From the human T2T-CHM13v2.0 reference genome, Homo sapiens, in assembly GCF_009914755.1 (NCBI RefSeq), contig NC_060929.1: a stretch of DNA of 64,000 nt. One strand, written 5' to 3'. Under the pieces are notes generated by a model that worked only from the letters and a program-made list of their open reading frames with translations, was not told where the DNA came from and made no database searches. The position numbers were made by a program, and so were the translations under genes. Below, in pieces: positions 41,455-59,991 of the stretch (position 1 is its first letter; every line of letters begins with the position of its first letter).

Positions 41455-41957
41455 TTGTGGGTTGAACTGTATCCTTTGAAATGTACCCCAGAGTGGAAGT
41501 CCTCACCCTTTGTATCTGTGAATGTGATCTGATTTGGAAATAAGATCTTGGCAGATAGAATAATGATGTCAGTTAAGATGAGGTCACTCTGAACTAGGGT
41601 GGGCCCTTCATCCAACCTGAGTGGTGTCCTTATAAAAAGAGGAGAAGAGACACAGAGAGAGACACACATACAGAGGAGGAAAAGCCGTGCTGAGACACAG
41701 ACACAGAGAGGAAAGACAGCCATGTGGTAATGGAGGCAGAGACTGGAATTCAGTTTCTGTAAGCCAAGGAATGCCAGTGATGGCCGGCAACCGCCAGCAG
41801 CTGGGAGAATGACTGTGGCCCTACTAATACCTTGATTTTGGACTTCTAGCCTCCAGAACTGTGAGAATAGATTTCTGTTGTCTTTAGTCACCTAGTTTAT
41901 TATAATTTGTTATGGCAGCATGAATATGTGTGCTTGTAGCCCAGGAAGCTAATATAC
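41455..41957 (+). mobile_element. MLT1B/C-like solo LTR
   Basis: gaatgtgatctgatttggaaataag...ttggacttctagcctccagaactgtgaga...ctaatata. Confidence 0.8.
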
Positions 41958-44004
41958 CCCTTCCTCCATGAAAGCAGAAAAAACACAGATACAAATTATT
42001 AAGCATTTACCACACACTAGGCAATGTTTGATATATACTATACCATTTGATTGTCGCAGAAATCAATAGATGTGGGTGCATGTATTCTTTTAATAACTGA
42101 GGGTTCCAGAGAAGCTTAGCAATTGACCCAACATCACACAGCTGGTACATAGATGGTGCCACTGGAAATTGAATGTTGTCTCAATAGCTCCCAAGCTTTG
42201 TCTCTGAGAGAATGAATCTCTTGTACTGGTGATGGGGCAGGAGAAGATCACATGAATAGGTCTTCTCTGCCCAGAACATCTTCTTTTTCTCAACACAGGA
42301 GGCCCACTTGTCAGGTTAGGTCAACACCTAAATGACTGAAAGAGACTCAACCAAGCCTGGAATCCTCACATGTTCTTGGAAACCATGAGATCAAGAGCCT
42401 TGCTTTTCAATAGTCCTTGGAGCCTGGATACATGCAAGGTCCTGGGGCCCCACTTTTTGAGAGTGGGGGACCGGAAGGAAGAGTGGAGGATGAGAGTGGC
42501 CTATATTGGCAGTCTGTGTTCCAGAACTATATTTAGCAACTCATTTAGATGATGACCGTGAGCCCAACATGATGACAGGGCTCAATTACATCAGTTCTCC
42601 CTATTGCTGTGAAACAATGAAGGCTTGTTGTGTTCATTAGTCAATTGGATTCCACTTCCAAAGTACATACAATGCTTATAATTATGGGCAACTTGGAGGG
42701 GAGATCCCAATTTGCCTCTGCTGGTTCAACAAAAATCACATTTGGAAATTTAAAGGGACAGTTATATGCCTGTATCTTTGTTGTCAGCTGCGTTATCAGG
42801 CGATAATATTTTTTTCACCAAAGAAGCTTGAAAAACAATTTCAATGTTGTTGACAAATACAGCTTCCATGACTTTGGGCTTCTTGAGGCCAAGAACTGTA
42901 TTTTACTCATGTCTTTCTCCTCAGCTCTTAGCACTTCTCTGAGACATCTTGTGATCAATAATATTTTGTTGAATAAGTGAATGAATGAGATCCTATTCAT
43001 CTGGCAGAATATTCTTTACTAGAAAATTTACCGACTTAAATGTTCATCTGTATCAACATTGGATCTAAGTACTGTTTCTATTTTTTTTTTTTTTTTGGCC
43101 TTTTCTACCCTTCCTCAAATTAAAAACAATAGCAGCAGCAACAACAAAACAACCCCAGGAATGGTAGGCTTAAGGGTTTTGCTTTTGTTTTTTAATCAAT
43201 AAGAATGTAATGCTGAGAATAAAGCTGATACTTGGTAAATGAATTTTGTTGATTTTTTTTTCCATGTAGATATGTGGAAAGGGTTTTGTAGGCACTAATG
43301 TGGAAATAATAGTTCCAATTTAGATTTTAAGTCATTAAAACTTCAAATGGTTTCTAAAAGAAGTAAAATGACCTGGAGGAAACTAAACCTTATATGAATT
43401 CATACCTGATATTATAAAATATACTTAGGAGTATGTTATGTTTATTGTGAAAGCTGATTGACAAGAGTCTGGGCATTGAATGAATATTTTCAAAGAATTT
43501 TAGAGAATTATAGTGGTCAGGGTGGGTGGCTGGTTTCTTAAATCAAGGAATTTCTCACAACTCTTCTTTCATTTTCCTTCTATGTGAGTAGGCATGGCTC
43601 TGCCTTCAAAAGAAGCTAGTAATTAACTTTTGTGGCCCTGATAATTGTCAGTGAGTGGAATTCATTGTTAAGCACATCAATTGCCAGCCAACTATTCGTC
43701 GCCATTTATTCTGTGTGAGATTTCAAAATGAAAACTACCATCTATGCATTTAACCCTGTTTTGATTATTGAAGATTTTATTGTCCAGCAATAGGACAGTT
43801 GAAGACAACCTACATATAATTCAAAATAACAAGCCCTAACACTAGGCATGATCAACCAAGAGTAAGTTGTTGCTTCAGTTATATAAAAAATAACACAACA
43901 TAGAAGGGATTCTATAGCCTCAACTATTTAAAGTATGGTACCATAGAAGGTAATGAAATGAAATGAAAGGAAAAGAGTCTCAAATTGGTCCCTTGGTCTA
44001 GAAC

Positions 44005-44160
44005 GAGGTGCTTCTCAAACTTTGATGTGCACATGAATCACCAGGGATCTTGTTAAATGAAGATTCTAATTAGGTAGGTCTAGAGTGAGGCCTGAGAGCC
44101 TCAAACTCCCAGGAGATGCCAATTCAGCTTGTCCAGGGACCATGTTTTGAGAAGCAAGAG
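44005..44160. mobile_element. MER5-like remnant
   Basis: cttctcaaactttgatgtgcacatgaatcaccagggatcttgttaaatg. Confidence 0.65.
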
Positions 44161-44319
44161 TCTGGAAGACATGAATAACACTTCTGAAAATGAGCTCTAG
44201 GTGGTTTCTTCTGGAATTTCAAGTAAGGCCAATGAAAGCCACCCTTAAGTGCAAGTCAGTAAGAGCTTCCTGTGATAATCACACCTAAAGCATTTCCTCG
44301 CTCAGTGCATTTTTATCAG

Positions 44320-45045
44320 TATTTCCAGACCAGATCTCTCTCCTGGCCTCCATACCTGTAGAGCAAACCAATCACAGGACACCCTTAACTAGATAATTCA
44401 CAGACTCCTTAACAAACATGTCCCAGACAGAACTCACTATCTTCCCTCTTTCCCAAAGCTCCTGTTGGGCTTCCTCTCTCAGTGCATGGTAGCTTCATCT
44501 ACTCAGCTGCCCAAGTCAAAATTATGGGCATTAGCCTTTCTCTCCTTTCTCCCAGCACAAAGGGCTATCAAATTTTTCTTTTAATGAGCTCCTGAATATA
44601 CTCACTTCTCTGTTTTTAATTTTATTTAGAAATTTTACATGTCAATGAAGCCCAAACAATCAGTGGAATGGACATTATAGGTCATAGCTGAACCTACCCA
44701 ACCTATAGGAGCTCCTTTGTCTCTCACGCAGAGAGCCTCCTGTAAATTCACTTCTCCTGGGGTAGCCCTTGGCCAATGGCTGAAGAGTGTGGGAGTGTGA
44801 ATGTACCACTTACTGGCTCAGGAGTGGACAACTTGGGGGTATAACTTGTGCTCTGGAGCTGCCTGGAGGACCAGGCTGAAGCTAGGACTCAGGTTCCTGA
44901 GAAGGCACCCTGGCTGTGTCTCCTCGTTTTCCATCCAGCTTTCTCCACTCCCTTAATGATCTTCCATGGAAATACTTACTTAATGAATCCCTTGCACACA
45001 CACTTTCACCCCAGAGCCTGCTTCTGGGGGACCTGGCCTAATGCA
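44320..45045. mobile_element. L2 remnant (~44320-44610) and LTR16-like remnant (~44720-45045)
   Basis: aacatgtcccagacagaactcactatcttcc, then ttaatgaatcccttgcac...tgcttctgggggacc. Confidence 0.45.
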
Positions 45046-45440
45046 GTGGTACCAGATTTATAGAGATGACCATTTCACACTTGACTGGGTTCCTAAGAAA
45101 GGCTGGGATATCTCTCAAGACATCTTTGAAAGCATAGAAGTAATTCTCATCCATGTTGGATGACATCAGTGTGAACAGGCTTACAGAGAGAAAATGGTAT
45201 TTTATGATACTCAATAAATAATAATAATAAAAAAAGAAAAATGGATGAGATACTCTCTCAAGAAGTTAGGATTCAAACCTCACCAGATCAGATAGTTTGT
45301 TCCCAGGGTTACTGGTTGACCTCTTTAACATTAAGATTTTCTATTCAGTAAAAGAAATGTAAAGCTATCTACAAGTTGTATCATGCAGGATGACATTTGT
45401 GCAAAGATCTCTTTCTCCCCGAGCAAACCCATTCACCCAC

Positions 45441-45600
45441 CGGCACTTTTCTTGCAGGCCTGCTGGTTGCATTTTTTGAATTCTGGAGGTCTGGGTTTGT
45501 GATCACATAGACATTGGTCTTGGTCTTCAGTTTTATTGCCCTCTGAGGGCACACATTGGACAGTCCTCTTCTGAAAGCCACCTCCACAGGAAGTGGAACA
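45441..45600 (-). CDS. ADAMTS12: ADAMTS12 penultimate exon (probably exon 23), last TSP1 repeat
   Basis: Acceptor tctctttcag|TGT and donor GCCG|gtgggt. 160 nt, phase 0-1. Translates [53 protein letters not shown]. Read by hand, because it is absent from the ORF track. Confidence 0.95.
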
Positions 45601-46754
45601 CTGAAAGAGAAGGTGAACAGAGAGTCAGAAGTCCTCCCCACGACTCCCAAGGAAACACCAGTAGAACACCTCCAATCCCACTGTGGTCAAGAATGGAAAC
45701 ATCTCAATAACCAGAAACCTTTTTGGAGGAGTCATAGAATAAAGGCACTAATAATTTGGAGATGTGAGTTTAGAGAGACTCTATACTATAGGTTGTGTGG
45801 ATTGAATCTGACTGAAATTACTATTAGGTTCTCTGCAGAACGTGCTCCTTTTTCACACGTTTGAGAATGGCCTGATGCCTTTCGCCACATGGCTACAGCA
45901 CTGGGCTCCAGGAACCTACGTTGGTGCCGTTGGACCCAGCCACCTGGCCACACATGACTGCTCTAGGGAAGGTCCCTGCATCAAGCTGGGCCAATCAGTC
46001 ACTTCCTTGGGAATTTGAATTGAGACCCAGCCAGAGATTCCATCTAAGGCTGAAATTTGAAAACTTGGGTGTTGTTGGTGGCCACATTTCCTGCCAAGTA
46101 GAATGAGTGAAAACCAGATGGCAGAAAAGGTGAATGGAATGAAGCATGTGCTTAGAGAGGAACGGGAATGAGGGAGGCATTGCCCATGGGGTTCACACCC
46201 TTGGTTCTAGCTAAGACTCCCAACCCAAACATTCATCTTTGCATCATGAGTATATGGAGTGAAACATATGGAGGGAGGTTGAATTGCAAGCAAAGCAGAA
46301 TACAATTTCATATCTGTGTCGTGGTACTTCGGCCTGAACTAATTTTGATTTGGGGCTGGGGATTGGATGTGAGGAGGGGTGGAGCTACCAGAAGAGATGA
46401 ACGTTGGGTAAAAAGAGAAGTGGGAGGGAAAGACCCCAGTGGCATGCAGAGAATGTGGAATGGGGGTAGGGACAGGGCTGAGCATGGAAGCTGGGGAAGA
46501 AGCAGAGCAACAGCGGACCCAGCTCTGTGCCTAGCTGGACCAGGTCCTCTCAAGCCATTCTAATGATATGGTTCCACTGCAATGTCATGATCGCCCACCT
46601 GGCTGCAGGAGGGAGATTCGCTGGCCTGGGAAAGCAGTTTACATAAGATTCTTCAGGATGCAAGAAAATGTGCCTGAATTTACCACATATGCTCTTTTCT
46701 TAAATTATTTTTTGAGGTAAAATATATAAAGCACAAAATATACCATTTAAACCA

Positions 46755-46908
46755 TTTTTTCTGAGACAAGGTCTGGCTCTATCACCCAGGCTGAAAGGCA
46801 GCGGCACAATCTCGGCTCACTGCAACCTCCCTCCCTGGGTTCAAGTGATTCTCCTACCTCAGACTCCCAAGTAGCTGGGACTACAGGCGTGTGCCACCAC
46901 ACCTGGTG
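46755..46908 (-). mobile_element. Alu right-arm fragment
   Basis: tctcggctcactgcaacctcc...gtagctgggactacagg. Confidence 0.85.
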
Positions 46909-48559
46909 ACTTTTTCCTCTGGCACACTCGCTAAGTCAACTGGAAGTTTAGCCATTTGTTTCCAGATTCCAATTTTATTTTTTATTTTTGGCAAGGGGGA
47001 GCTAAAGATAGATCAGTGTAATTTTACAGGTTCCAAAATTGTATGAACCCATCTCTCTGCTCTTGTCTGCTGCCCCCATCTTTGTCCTTCTGGGTTTGTG
47101 CCATTTTTAGTGTTTTATGCCTTCTGCCTATTTAGTGGAGTTTTGAGAACAAGGGCAAATGTATATGTTCAATCCATAGCTTGTGTAGTTTCACTTAATA
47201 ATAGATCATAGAGGTTACGAGTGATTCCAAAGGCTGGCCTGGTAGGTGTTAACCACTCTCTCATTATCCCTCCATTCTTTGCTATGCACAATTGGTTAAT
47301 TCCTGACACACAGCTCTTCTAAGGAACTTCAACCCAAGTCCACCCCCGATAGACTCACCTGGAACTCCTTCAGGGAGTTAAAGGGGAGACTTAAAAATGT
47401 TCTTTTACAATTTTGAATCTTCTATGAGATTGTTTCCCTGAATGGGCCCAATTCTTACAGCATTTTTATGACTTCACATTGTATCACATTTTCTCTTTTC
47501 GAGGTCATGTTTGCTTTGATTAGAGGTACTTATTTTGTTATACAGAGCTCTGAGATATTTATAAAGAGCCTAGTCCTGAAATATATCCAGGCAGCTGGGG
47601 CAAGGCCTGCCAGGAGTAAGCATGGCCTTTGCTCAGGCCCATGTGGCTGGAGAAGGCCACTGCTGCCTTGATCCAATCTGCCATAATGTTAATAATGAAT
47701 TTTGTGAAGCTCATGGCTAGACTAGGCACACAAATCTTGCTCAGAGGAGTGAGTATTAGTTTGGTAACTATTTATTGGGTGCCAACAGATAAACATTCTA
47801 GCAAAGGGGCAACTGTTAAGTAAATATGATCAATCAACTTGATGGAATATTACTGTAAAGAAGAGGTTAACATTAGTCCTGGTTCAGAGTACTTGGAGAG
47901 AAAAAATGACCTTGAAGTATGGTTTCCTTGGAAACTAGAGAGTTAAGGTAAATGCAAAAGATGATGACTGTCTTGTTCACTAGGAAATTCCTGACTGTAG
48001 GACTGCTCCCTACTGGAGGCCTGTGAGTTGGCATGTGGCCTTGGGCATGTGAGACCAAAATAGTTTAAAATATTGGCAAGAAACTGAGGCTGAGGCTTGT
48101 GTCAAGGTGACCTGTGTGCATCTTGGCTCTGATTTCTTGCTACCCATACATACCACACTTGACAGACAAGGAAGCAAATGAAGTTGTACTCTTGGATAGT
48201 TGCTGAAATTGTATCCTTCGGTAGCAACCTCCTGCAGAGATGAGGCTGTTGTGCCTAATATAATTCCTGCTTGTATCCTTCTACACAGCTAAGTGAATTC
48301 GGTGTTGAGTCCAGCCTATTGTGCCTCACATGTCTGACTGCCAATAGACTGCCAATTTGACACAGCATTAGAGTGGATCAATGGCTGTGCCGGTGCAACT
48401 ATGCAGCTATGAACAATGAGAATTACAAACAGTATAGCAACCTACAAATAGCTGGGGGCATTATGTTGGGCAAAATACTGCATTCCCGTGTGTGTTATAA
48501 TTATAACCATCAAAACATACATGCACAGGAACAAGTTACTTTATAAAAATGTTAGTAGT

Positions 48560-49849
<1,290 letters not shown>

Positions 49850-50709
49850 ACAATTTTCTTTATTTTCAGTATTGCTGATAGAGTGTTATTTATGCAATAA
49901 GCAAGCTTAGGGAGAATAATACCTCTTTCCTTCATTTACAGTTTAATTATTTTGTTCCATCAAACAGGCTGGCCATCTGGCAAACTGATCTGTGGGCTGA
50001 CAAGAGGCCTGAAACTCAATAAGTCTGACTATGCCTAAAGCTTTAGGACAGATGCCAACTCCTCTTTGCTCTAGGAAAAGCCAGAGAATCCAAGGTGCTG
50101 GTTGTAAAACAGATGTTTCTTAGGCTGTGTGCCTCTGGAATAACTTTGATATTTGATCTTTTCTCTTTTGAAAGTATTTAATATTTTCCCTTCTCAACTC
50201 AAGACCCACAGCAGCCGTGGGTCAACTTTTAGCAGACTTAGAGGTATTCAGTGGCAGAAGAACACGAAAACCGAAGTATCCAGAAACATACTGTAAATCA
50301 ATGAATGCACTGAATATTTACAATGAGTATAGATTATTTTTGTAATCAAAAGAAAATGCATGCTATTTTATTTTTATTTTTTTGCTTAAGTATAGTGGCA
50401 AGAAACCATTTTTTTAAAAAGCTAAAGTAGATTGAGGTTCCAAGATGGCTGAATAGGAAGAGCTCTGGTCTGCAGCTCCCAGCGAGATCGACACAAGATG
50501 AGTAATTTCTGCATTTCCAACTGAGGTACCTGGTTCATCTCACTGGGACTGGTTGGACAGTGGGTGCAGCTGTCCCTGCACCATGGAGGGCGAGCGGAAG
50601 CAGGGCGGGGCGTCGCTTCACCCGGGAAGTGCAAGGGGTTGGGGGATTGCCCTTTCCTATCCAAGGGAAGCCATGACAGACTGTACCTGGAAAAATGGGA
50701 TACTCCCAC

Positions 50710-50877
50710 TCAAATACTGCACTTTTCCCAAGGTCTTAGCAACTGGCAGACAAGGAGATTCTCTCCTGTGCCTGGTTCGGCAGGTCCCACACTCACGGAG
50801 CCTTGCTCATTGCTAGCGCAGCAGTCTGAGATCAAATGGTGAGGTGACAACCTAGCTGGGGGAGGGGTGTCCACCAT
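50710..50877 (-). other. L1 ORF0 homologue, truncated to 55 aa
   Basis: MVDTPPPARLSPHHLISDCCASNEQGSVSVGPAEPG... resembles primate ORF0 (MAGAPPPASLPPCSLISDCCASNQRDSVGVGPSEPG...). The ATG is retained. Confidence 0.75.
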
Positions 50878-51477
50878 TGCTGAGGCTTGAGTAGGTAAAC
50901 AAAGTGGCCAGGAAGCTCGAACTGGGCGGAGCCCACCACAGCTCAGCACGGCCTACTGCCTCTGTAGACTCCACCTCTGTGGGCAGGGCATAGCTGAACA
51001 AAAGGCAGCAGACAACTTCTGCAGACTTAAACATCCCTGTCTGACAGCTCTGAAGAGAGCAGTGGTTCTCCCAGCATGGTGTTTGAGCTCTGAGAATGGA
51101 CAGACTGCCTCCTCAAGTGGGTCCCTGACCCTTGTGTAGCCTAACTGGAACACACCTCCCAGCAGGGGCCAACAGACACATCATATAGGCAGCTGACCCT
51201 CTGGGACGAAGCTTCCAGGGGAAGGATCAGGCAGCAATATTTGCTCTTCTGCAATATTTGCTGCTCTGCAGCCTCTGCTGGTGATACCCAGGCAAACAGG
51301 GTCTGGAGTGGACCTCCAGCAAACTCCAACAGCTCTGCAGCTGAGGGATCTGACTGTTAGAAGGAAAACTAACAAACAGAAAGGAATAGCATCAACATCA
51401 ACAAAAAGGACATCTACACCAAAAACCCCATCTGTAGGTCACCAACATCAAAGACCAAAATAGGTAAAACCACAAAG

Positions 51478-52505
51478 ATGGGGAGAAACCAGAGCAGAAA
51501 AGGTGAAAATTCTAAAAACTGGAGTTCCTCTTCTCCTTCAAAGGATCGTAGCTCCTCACCAGCACTGGAACAAAGCTGGATGGAGAATGACTTTGACGAG
51601 TTGACAGAAGTAGGCTTCGGAAGGTCAGTAATAACAATTTCTCTGAGCTAAAGGACATGTTCTAACCCATCAGAAGGAAGCTAAAAATCTTGGACAAAAG
51701 GTTAGATGAATGGCTAACTCGAATAAACAGTGTAGAGAAGACCTTAAATGACCTGATGGAGCTGAAAACCATGGCATCAGAACTTCGTGACGCATGCATA
51801 AGCTTCAATAGCAGATTCAATCAAGTGGAAGAAAAAGTGTCAGTGATTGAAGATTAAATTAATGAAATAAAGTGAGAAGACAAGTTTAGAGATAAAGAGT
51901 AAAAAGAAACAAACAAAGCCTCCAAGAAATATGGGACTATGTGAAAAGACCAAATCTACATTTGATTAATGTACCTGAAAGTGAGGAGAAGAATGGAACC
52001 AAGTTGGAAAACACTCTTCAAGATATTATCCAGGAAAACTTCCCCAACCTAGCAAGGCAGGCCAACATTCAAACTCAGGAAATACAGAGAACACCACAAA
52101 GATACTCCTCGAGAAGAGCAACCCTAAGACACATAATTGTCAGATTCACCAAGGCTGAAATGAAGGAAAAAATGTTAAGGGGAGCCAGAGAGAAAGGTCG
52201 GGTTACCCACAAAGGGAAGCCCATCACACTAACAGTGGCTGACACTCTGCAGAAACCCTACAAGAGAGAAGAGAGTGGGGGCCAATATTCAACATTCTTA
52301 AAGAAAAGAATTTTCAACCCAGAATTTCATATACAACCAAACTAAGCTTCATAAGTGAAGGAGAAATAAAATCATTTACAGACAAGCAAATGCTGAGAGA
52401 TTTTGTCACCACCAGGCCTGCCTTACAAAAGAGCTCCTGAAGGAAGCACTAAACATGGAAAGCAACAACCGGTACCAGCCACTGCAAAAACATGCCAAAT
52501 TGTAA
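51478..52505 (+). pseudogene. L1 ORF1 (disrupted)
   Basis: Runs from ATGGGGAGAAACCAG to AAATTGTAA. Fragment KRPNLHLI...IIQENFPNLARQANIQ is visible. Contains stops and frameshifts. Confidence 0.88.
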
Positions 52506-52568
52506 AGACCATCAATGCTAGGAAGAAACTGCATCAATTAACGGGCAAAATAACCAGCTAGCATCATA

Positions 52569-56414
<3,846 letters not shown>

Positions 56415-56666
56415 ACAATGAGAACCCTTGGACACAGGGCAGGTAACATCACACACTGGGGCCTGTCGGGGGGTGGGGGGCTGGGAGAGGTATAGCATTA
56501 GGAGAAATACCTAATGTAAATGATGAGTTGATGGGTGCAGCAAACCAACGTGGCACATGTATACCTATGTAACAAACCTGCACGTTGTGCACAGGTACCC
56601 TAGAACTTAAAGTATTAAAAAAAAAAAAAAGCTAAAGTAAAAAAAGTATGTATAACCAAGTCTTAC

Positions 56667-56810
56667 CAGGTCCCAGTTCCCAGTGGCCCAGTGACAGCAC
56701 AGGTGCTCATTGCAAGACATGGTGGATGTGGGTCTTTTTGTCCAATCACAGAGGCCTCCTGGACAGAACACTCCTCTCTCCTGAACTCCACCTCCACAGG
56801 ACCTGGAGCA
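56667..56810 (-). CDS. ADAMTS12: ADAMTS12 internal coding exon (3rd from last, probably exon 22), TSP1 repeat
   Basis: Acceptor tgtgtatcag|TGC and donor CTG|gtaaga. 144 nt, phase 0-0. Translates [48 protein letters not shown]. Confidence 0.95.
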
Positions 56811-57841
56811 CTGATACACAGCAGTGACAAGATTAGGTAAAAGTCAGGTGGAGACATGTTTAATGATAAGTGAAGAACTTCGTACTGTCATTTTTGTTAT
56901 GTACAGTGTTACTAGGAATATTGGTATCTGTATTAGAATTTATAGCATTCCTGCAAATTCCTTACAATGACCACTCACTATTTAAAAAAAAAAAGGGGGG
57001 GAAACAAGAATTAAAGAGAGGTGGAAATATTGATGAAGCAAATCCTGAAGATATAAGGAGGAGAAAAGTCAGAAGATTTAGATTTTTTATAATGATTTAG
57101 ATTTTTTATAATGATTATCTCTGACAGCCCAAAAGGGGGGCACACATTTGCAATACAATTTTGTTTGCCTCCTATTAAAATGAGATTTAGTCTTCCTTTT
57201 CCACTGCATAAAGTTTTAGAATTAAATTTGTCCATAGTAGGAGTAATAAAATGGATGGATTTGCTCAGGACTCAGATGCATTGGCTGTTAACACTCACAA
57301 CAAAATAAATTCAAGATGACAAGTCAGATTTCTAAAAGGGTACAATTCTGAAACATGTCAGGTTTTTGCTTACTAGAATAATTCTATAAGATACATTATC
57401 TCATTTGCATGACTTTTTAAGGAGGAAATAAAATAATTCACCAAGAATGTTTGAAAAGTTCCTAGAGTATTTGGAAAAGCATTTTGAAAAATCTTAGTTT
57501 TAGCATGGTTACAACGATAACAATAAGATAATTATGGCTGTCTTGCAAACATCATGTCCATCACATCAGGTAGTATGTGTGTGGTAGTATCATAGAAAAC
57601 AGGGAAATTATATGCAATTAACCTTTTCTGCTCAATAAAAGAACTAACGTAGTGCCTTCACAATATTCCAGCTTTGAGAATCAACATCAACTTTTTTCCC
57701 ACTTATTCAACCTGTTTTTAACCCCATCTGAGGAGAGAGGGAGAGGAATTCCACATCTGGAGTTCTTGTGCATACCTACCTATGTGCACACAGATTCAGC
57801 ACCACCTGCCTAAGTAATTTCCAGGAAAAGGGGGTCAAAAA

Positions 57842-58026
57842 AGTGGTTCTCAAATGCTCCTCAGACCAGCAACTTCAGCATCTTCTGAGTGTTTGTTAGA
57901 AATGCAAAATTTCAGGCCCCACCTCAGATCCCCTGAATTGGCCATTCTCGGGGTGGGACCTATCCATCTGTGTGTTGACAAGCCCTCCAGGTTGTCCTGA
58001 AGCATGATAAAGCTTGACTACCACTG
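57842..58026. mobile_element. MER5A
   Basis: agtggttctcaaa...ttgttagaaatgcaaa...caggccccacctcaga...accactg. Confidence 0.8.
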
Positions 58027-59311
58027 GTGTAGAGATGGTCCCACAGCTAAAATGCATCTGCCATGGAGGGTAGTTGAGGCGGGCCGATATGCTTGCCAGA
58101 TGGGTTCGTAACATTCCCAGGATGGCAGTCAGCACCACGGGCAAGGAAAGTACCTAAAGATGCCCAATCCCTTAAGAGCAGCTCCGGGTACTCAACTGAC
58201 TTTTACATTTTCTATCTCTACTACTGCTTAAGAGGGAACTCTACCAACTTTGTGGTTTGCTCAAAACAGGGCAATTTAGAAAGGAGAGAAACAGAAGGGC
58301 TTCAGGGAGCAGGTTCCTGATGGCGATCCGAGAAGCTACAGAGGAAACATAAAGAATAGACCTTTTTCATAACCAGAAAGATTTGATTGCTCATCTTTGA
58401 TCGCCTGCAAATGTCATTTCTCTGAAAGGGCAATCTAAGCTCCTCTGTGAATTCCTGGATTCTGGAAGCTGCTGCCTAAACAGGTCCAGGCCAGGCTCAG
58501 CACATATGGAGAGTTTGGAGGTCTGGGTTCAGAGCCTGGGAGTAGCAGGCACTTCATGTACTCAAGAACTAGGCAGGGGAAGGAGGATGAAGAGGGGACA
58601 GTGGTGGCTGCTGCCCCAGAAAACTCTAGCTAGTGGCCCAGAGCCTCAGGAATCAGTGTGGATGCTTGGCCGGTGGGTGGTAAGTAACTCGGGGCTCAGT
58701 CCTCCACAGGCTTTGACACTAACTCTGTAGCCTCAGGTTGGGATTCTCTGCCTTCCCTTCACTGGCACATGGTAGGTGCCCCCAAAATAGTTATTGATTC
58801 ATTCTTTCTCCTTAGTTCACTTTTCGCTCAATGCCCATTGGGCTAGTTCCACATCATAGCAGGATCAAAGATGGGCAATCAAAGATGAGCAATCAAATCT
58901 TTCTGGTTGTGAATGCCTTATGTTTGAATTAAAACTCCATTTATTTTCTCATTGTGTGTCTCAGGTAGGTTTCTCAACCTAAGTCTCAATTTCTTCCCCT
59001 ATAAAATAGGGTTAAAAATGCCTACCATCCAGGTCATGGAGATAATTAAACCAAGTATCATAGGGAAAGTGCCTAGCTCCTGGACACACTCAAAATATGC
59101 AGGGTTCCTCTTTTATTTTTATTTTTTGGCCTTCTTTCTATCATTTGTGGATGTAGTTGGGAGTATGTTTTAGCTGTTGAGATATTTAAACATTTGACTG
59201 TTGAAAAATGAGATCATCACACTTCACCAAAGAACTTCATCAAATAACCTTGTTTTCATGTGCCAAAGTAAAACTAAGACCCAGCAGAGCCAGGGCCCTC
59301 ATAAAGAGAGC

Positions 59312-59337
59312 ACACACACACACACACACACACACAC
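59312..59337. repeat. (CA)n microsatellite
   Basis: Read directly from the sequence. Confidence 0.95.
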
Positions 59338-59814
59338 TCGTTATTTGTACAGTGATCTGAGAGCTGTAAGAGATGAAACTCTAATATTATACTGTGTGGA
59401 AAAGATAGGGCTGTTTCTCCCAGCCTGACTGCAGAAGCCTCAGAGAGCATGTTAGGCTCTGTCTGTAAGTGGCTCTCATCAGATTCGTCCTTGTTCAAAT
59501 CATCCCATTGCGTTCATTTTCCCTGCAAGGACACCAATTCCCCAGTATATCCATTGGGAGACCAGGTTGCAACACAACACTGAACTGCTGTGATTAAAAC
59601 TATAACACATTGTCTCCACCGTGGAATTTTTTCACCTCCTGAAAGTGTTAGACCCATTCAGCTTCTCACATACAGGGTGGGGTCACTGAACAGAGGCCAG
59701 TCATTGGCAGGACACAGGTGTGGTCTTCCCTGATTTCTACACTTATGCAGTAACACAGAGATTCATGGCTTGCCAGGTTGTGTGAGGACATCTCTCCCTT
59801 TGTGGGGGACCTAC

Positions 59815-59991
59815 CTGGCTCCAAGGCTCCACCTGCCACGCCTCACAGGGCTCCGGGTTACAGCTCATGCTCAATGGGGGAGGAATGCCGGCCAGGAACT
59901 GGCAGTGAAATGGCCTCAGGTTCCGGTGGTCCCGGCTGTCCACGCACTGAATCTCGCGTATCTTGAAGCCCCCACTGCAGTTTCTGGAGCA
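59815..59991 (-). CDS. ADAMTS12: ADAMTS12 internal coding exon (4th from last, probably exon 21), TSP1 repeat
   Basis: Acceptor tccatacag|TGC and donor CAG|gtaggt. 177 nt, phase 0-0. Translates [59 protein letters not shown], which I recognise as the ADAMTS12 C-terminal region. Confidence 0.95.

Noticed and set aside
47200-48480. Unique-looking intronic stretch, possibly a conserved enhancer or ancient repeat
   Set aside because: I can support no ORF, splice pair or recognisable family here. It needs conservation and chromatin data.
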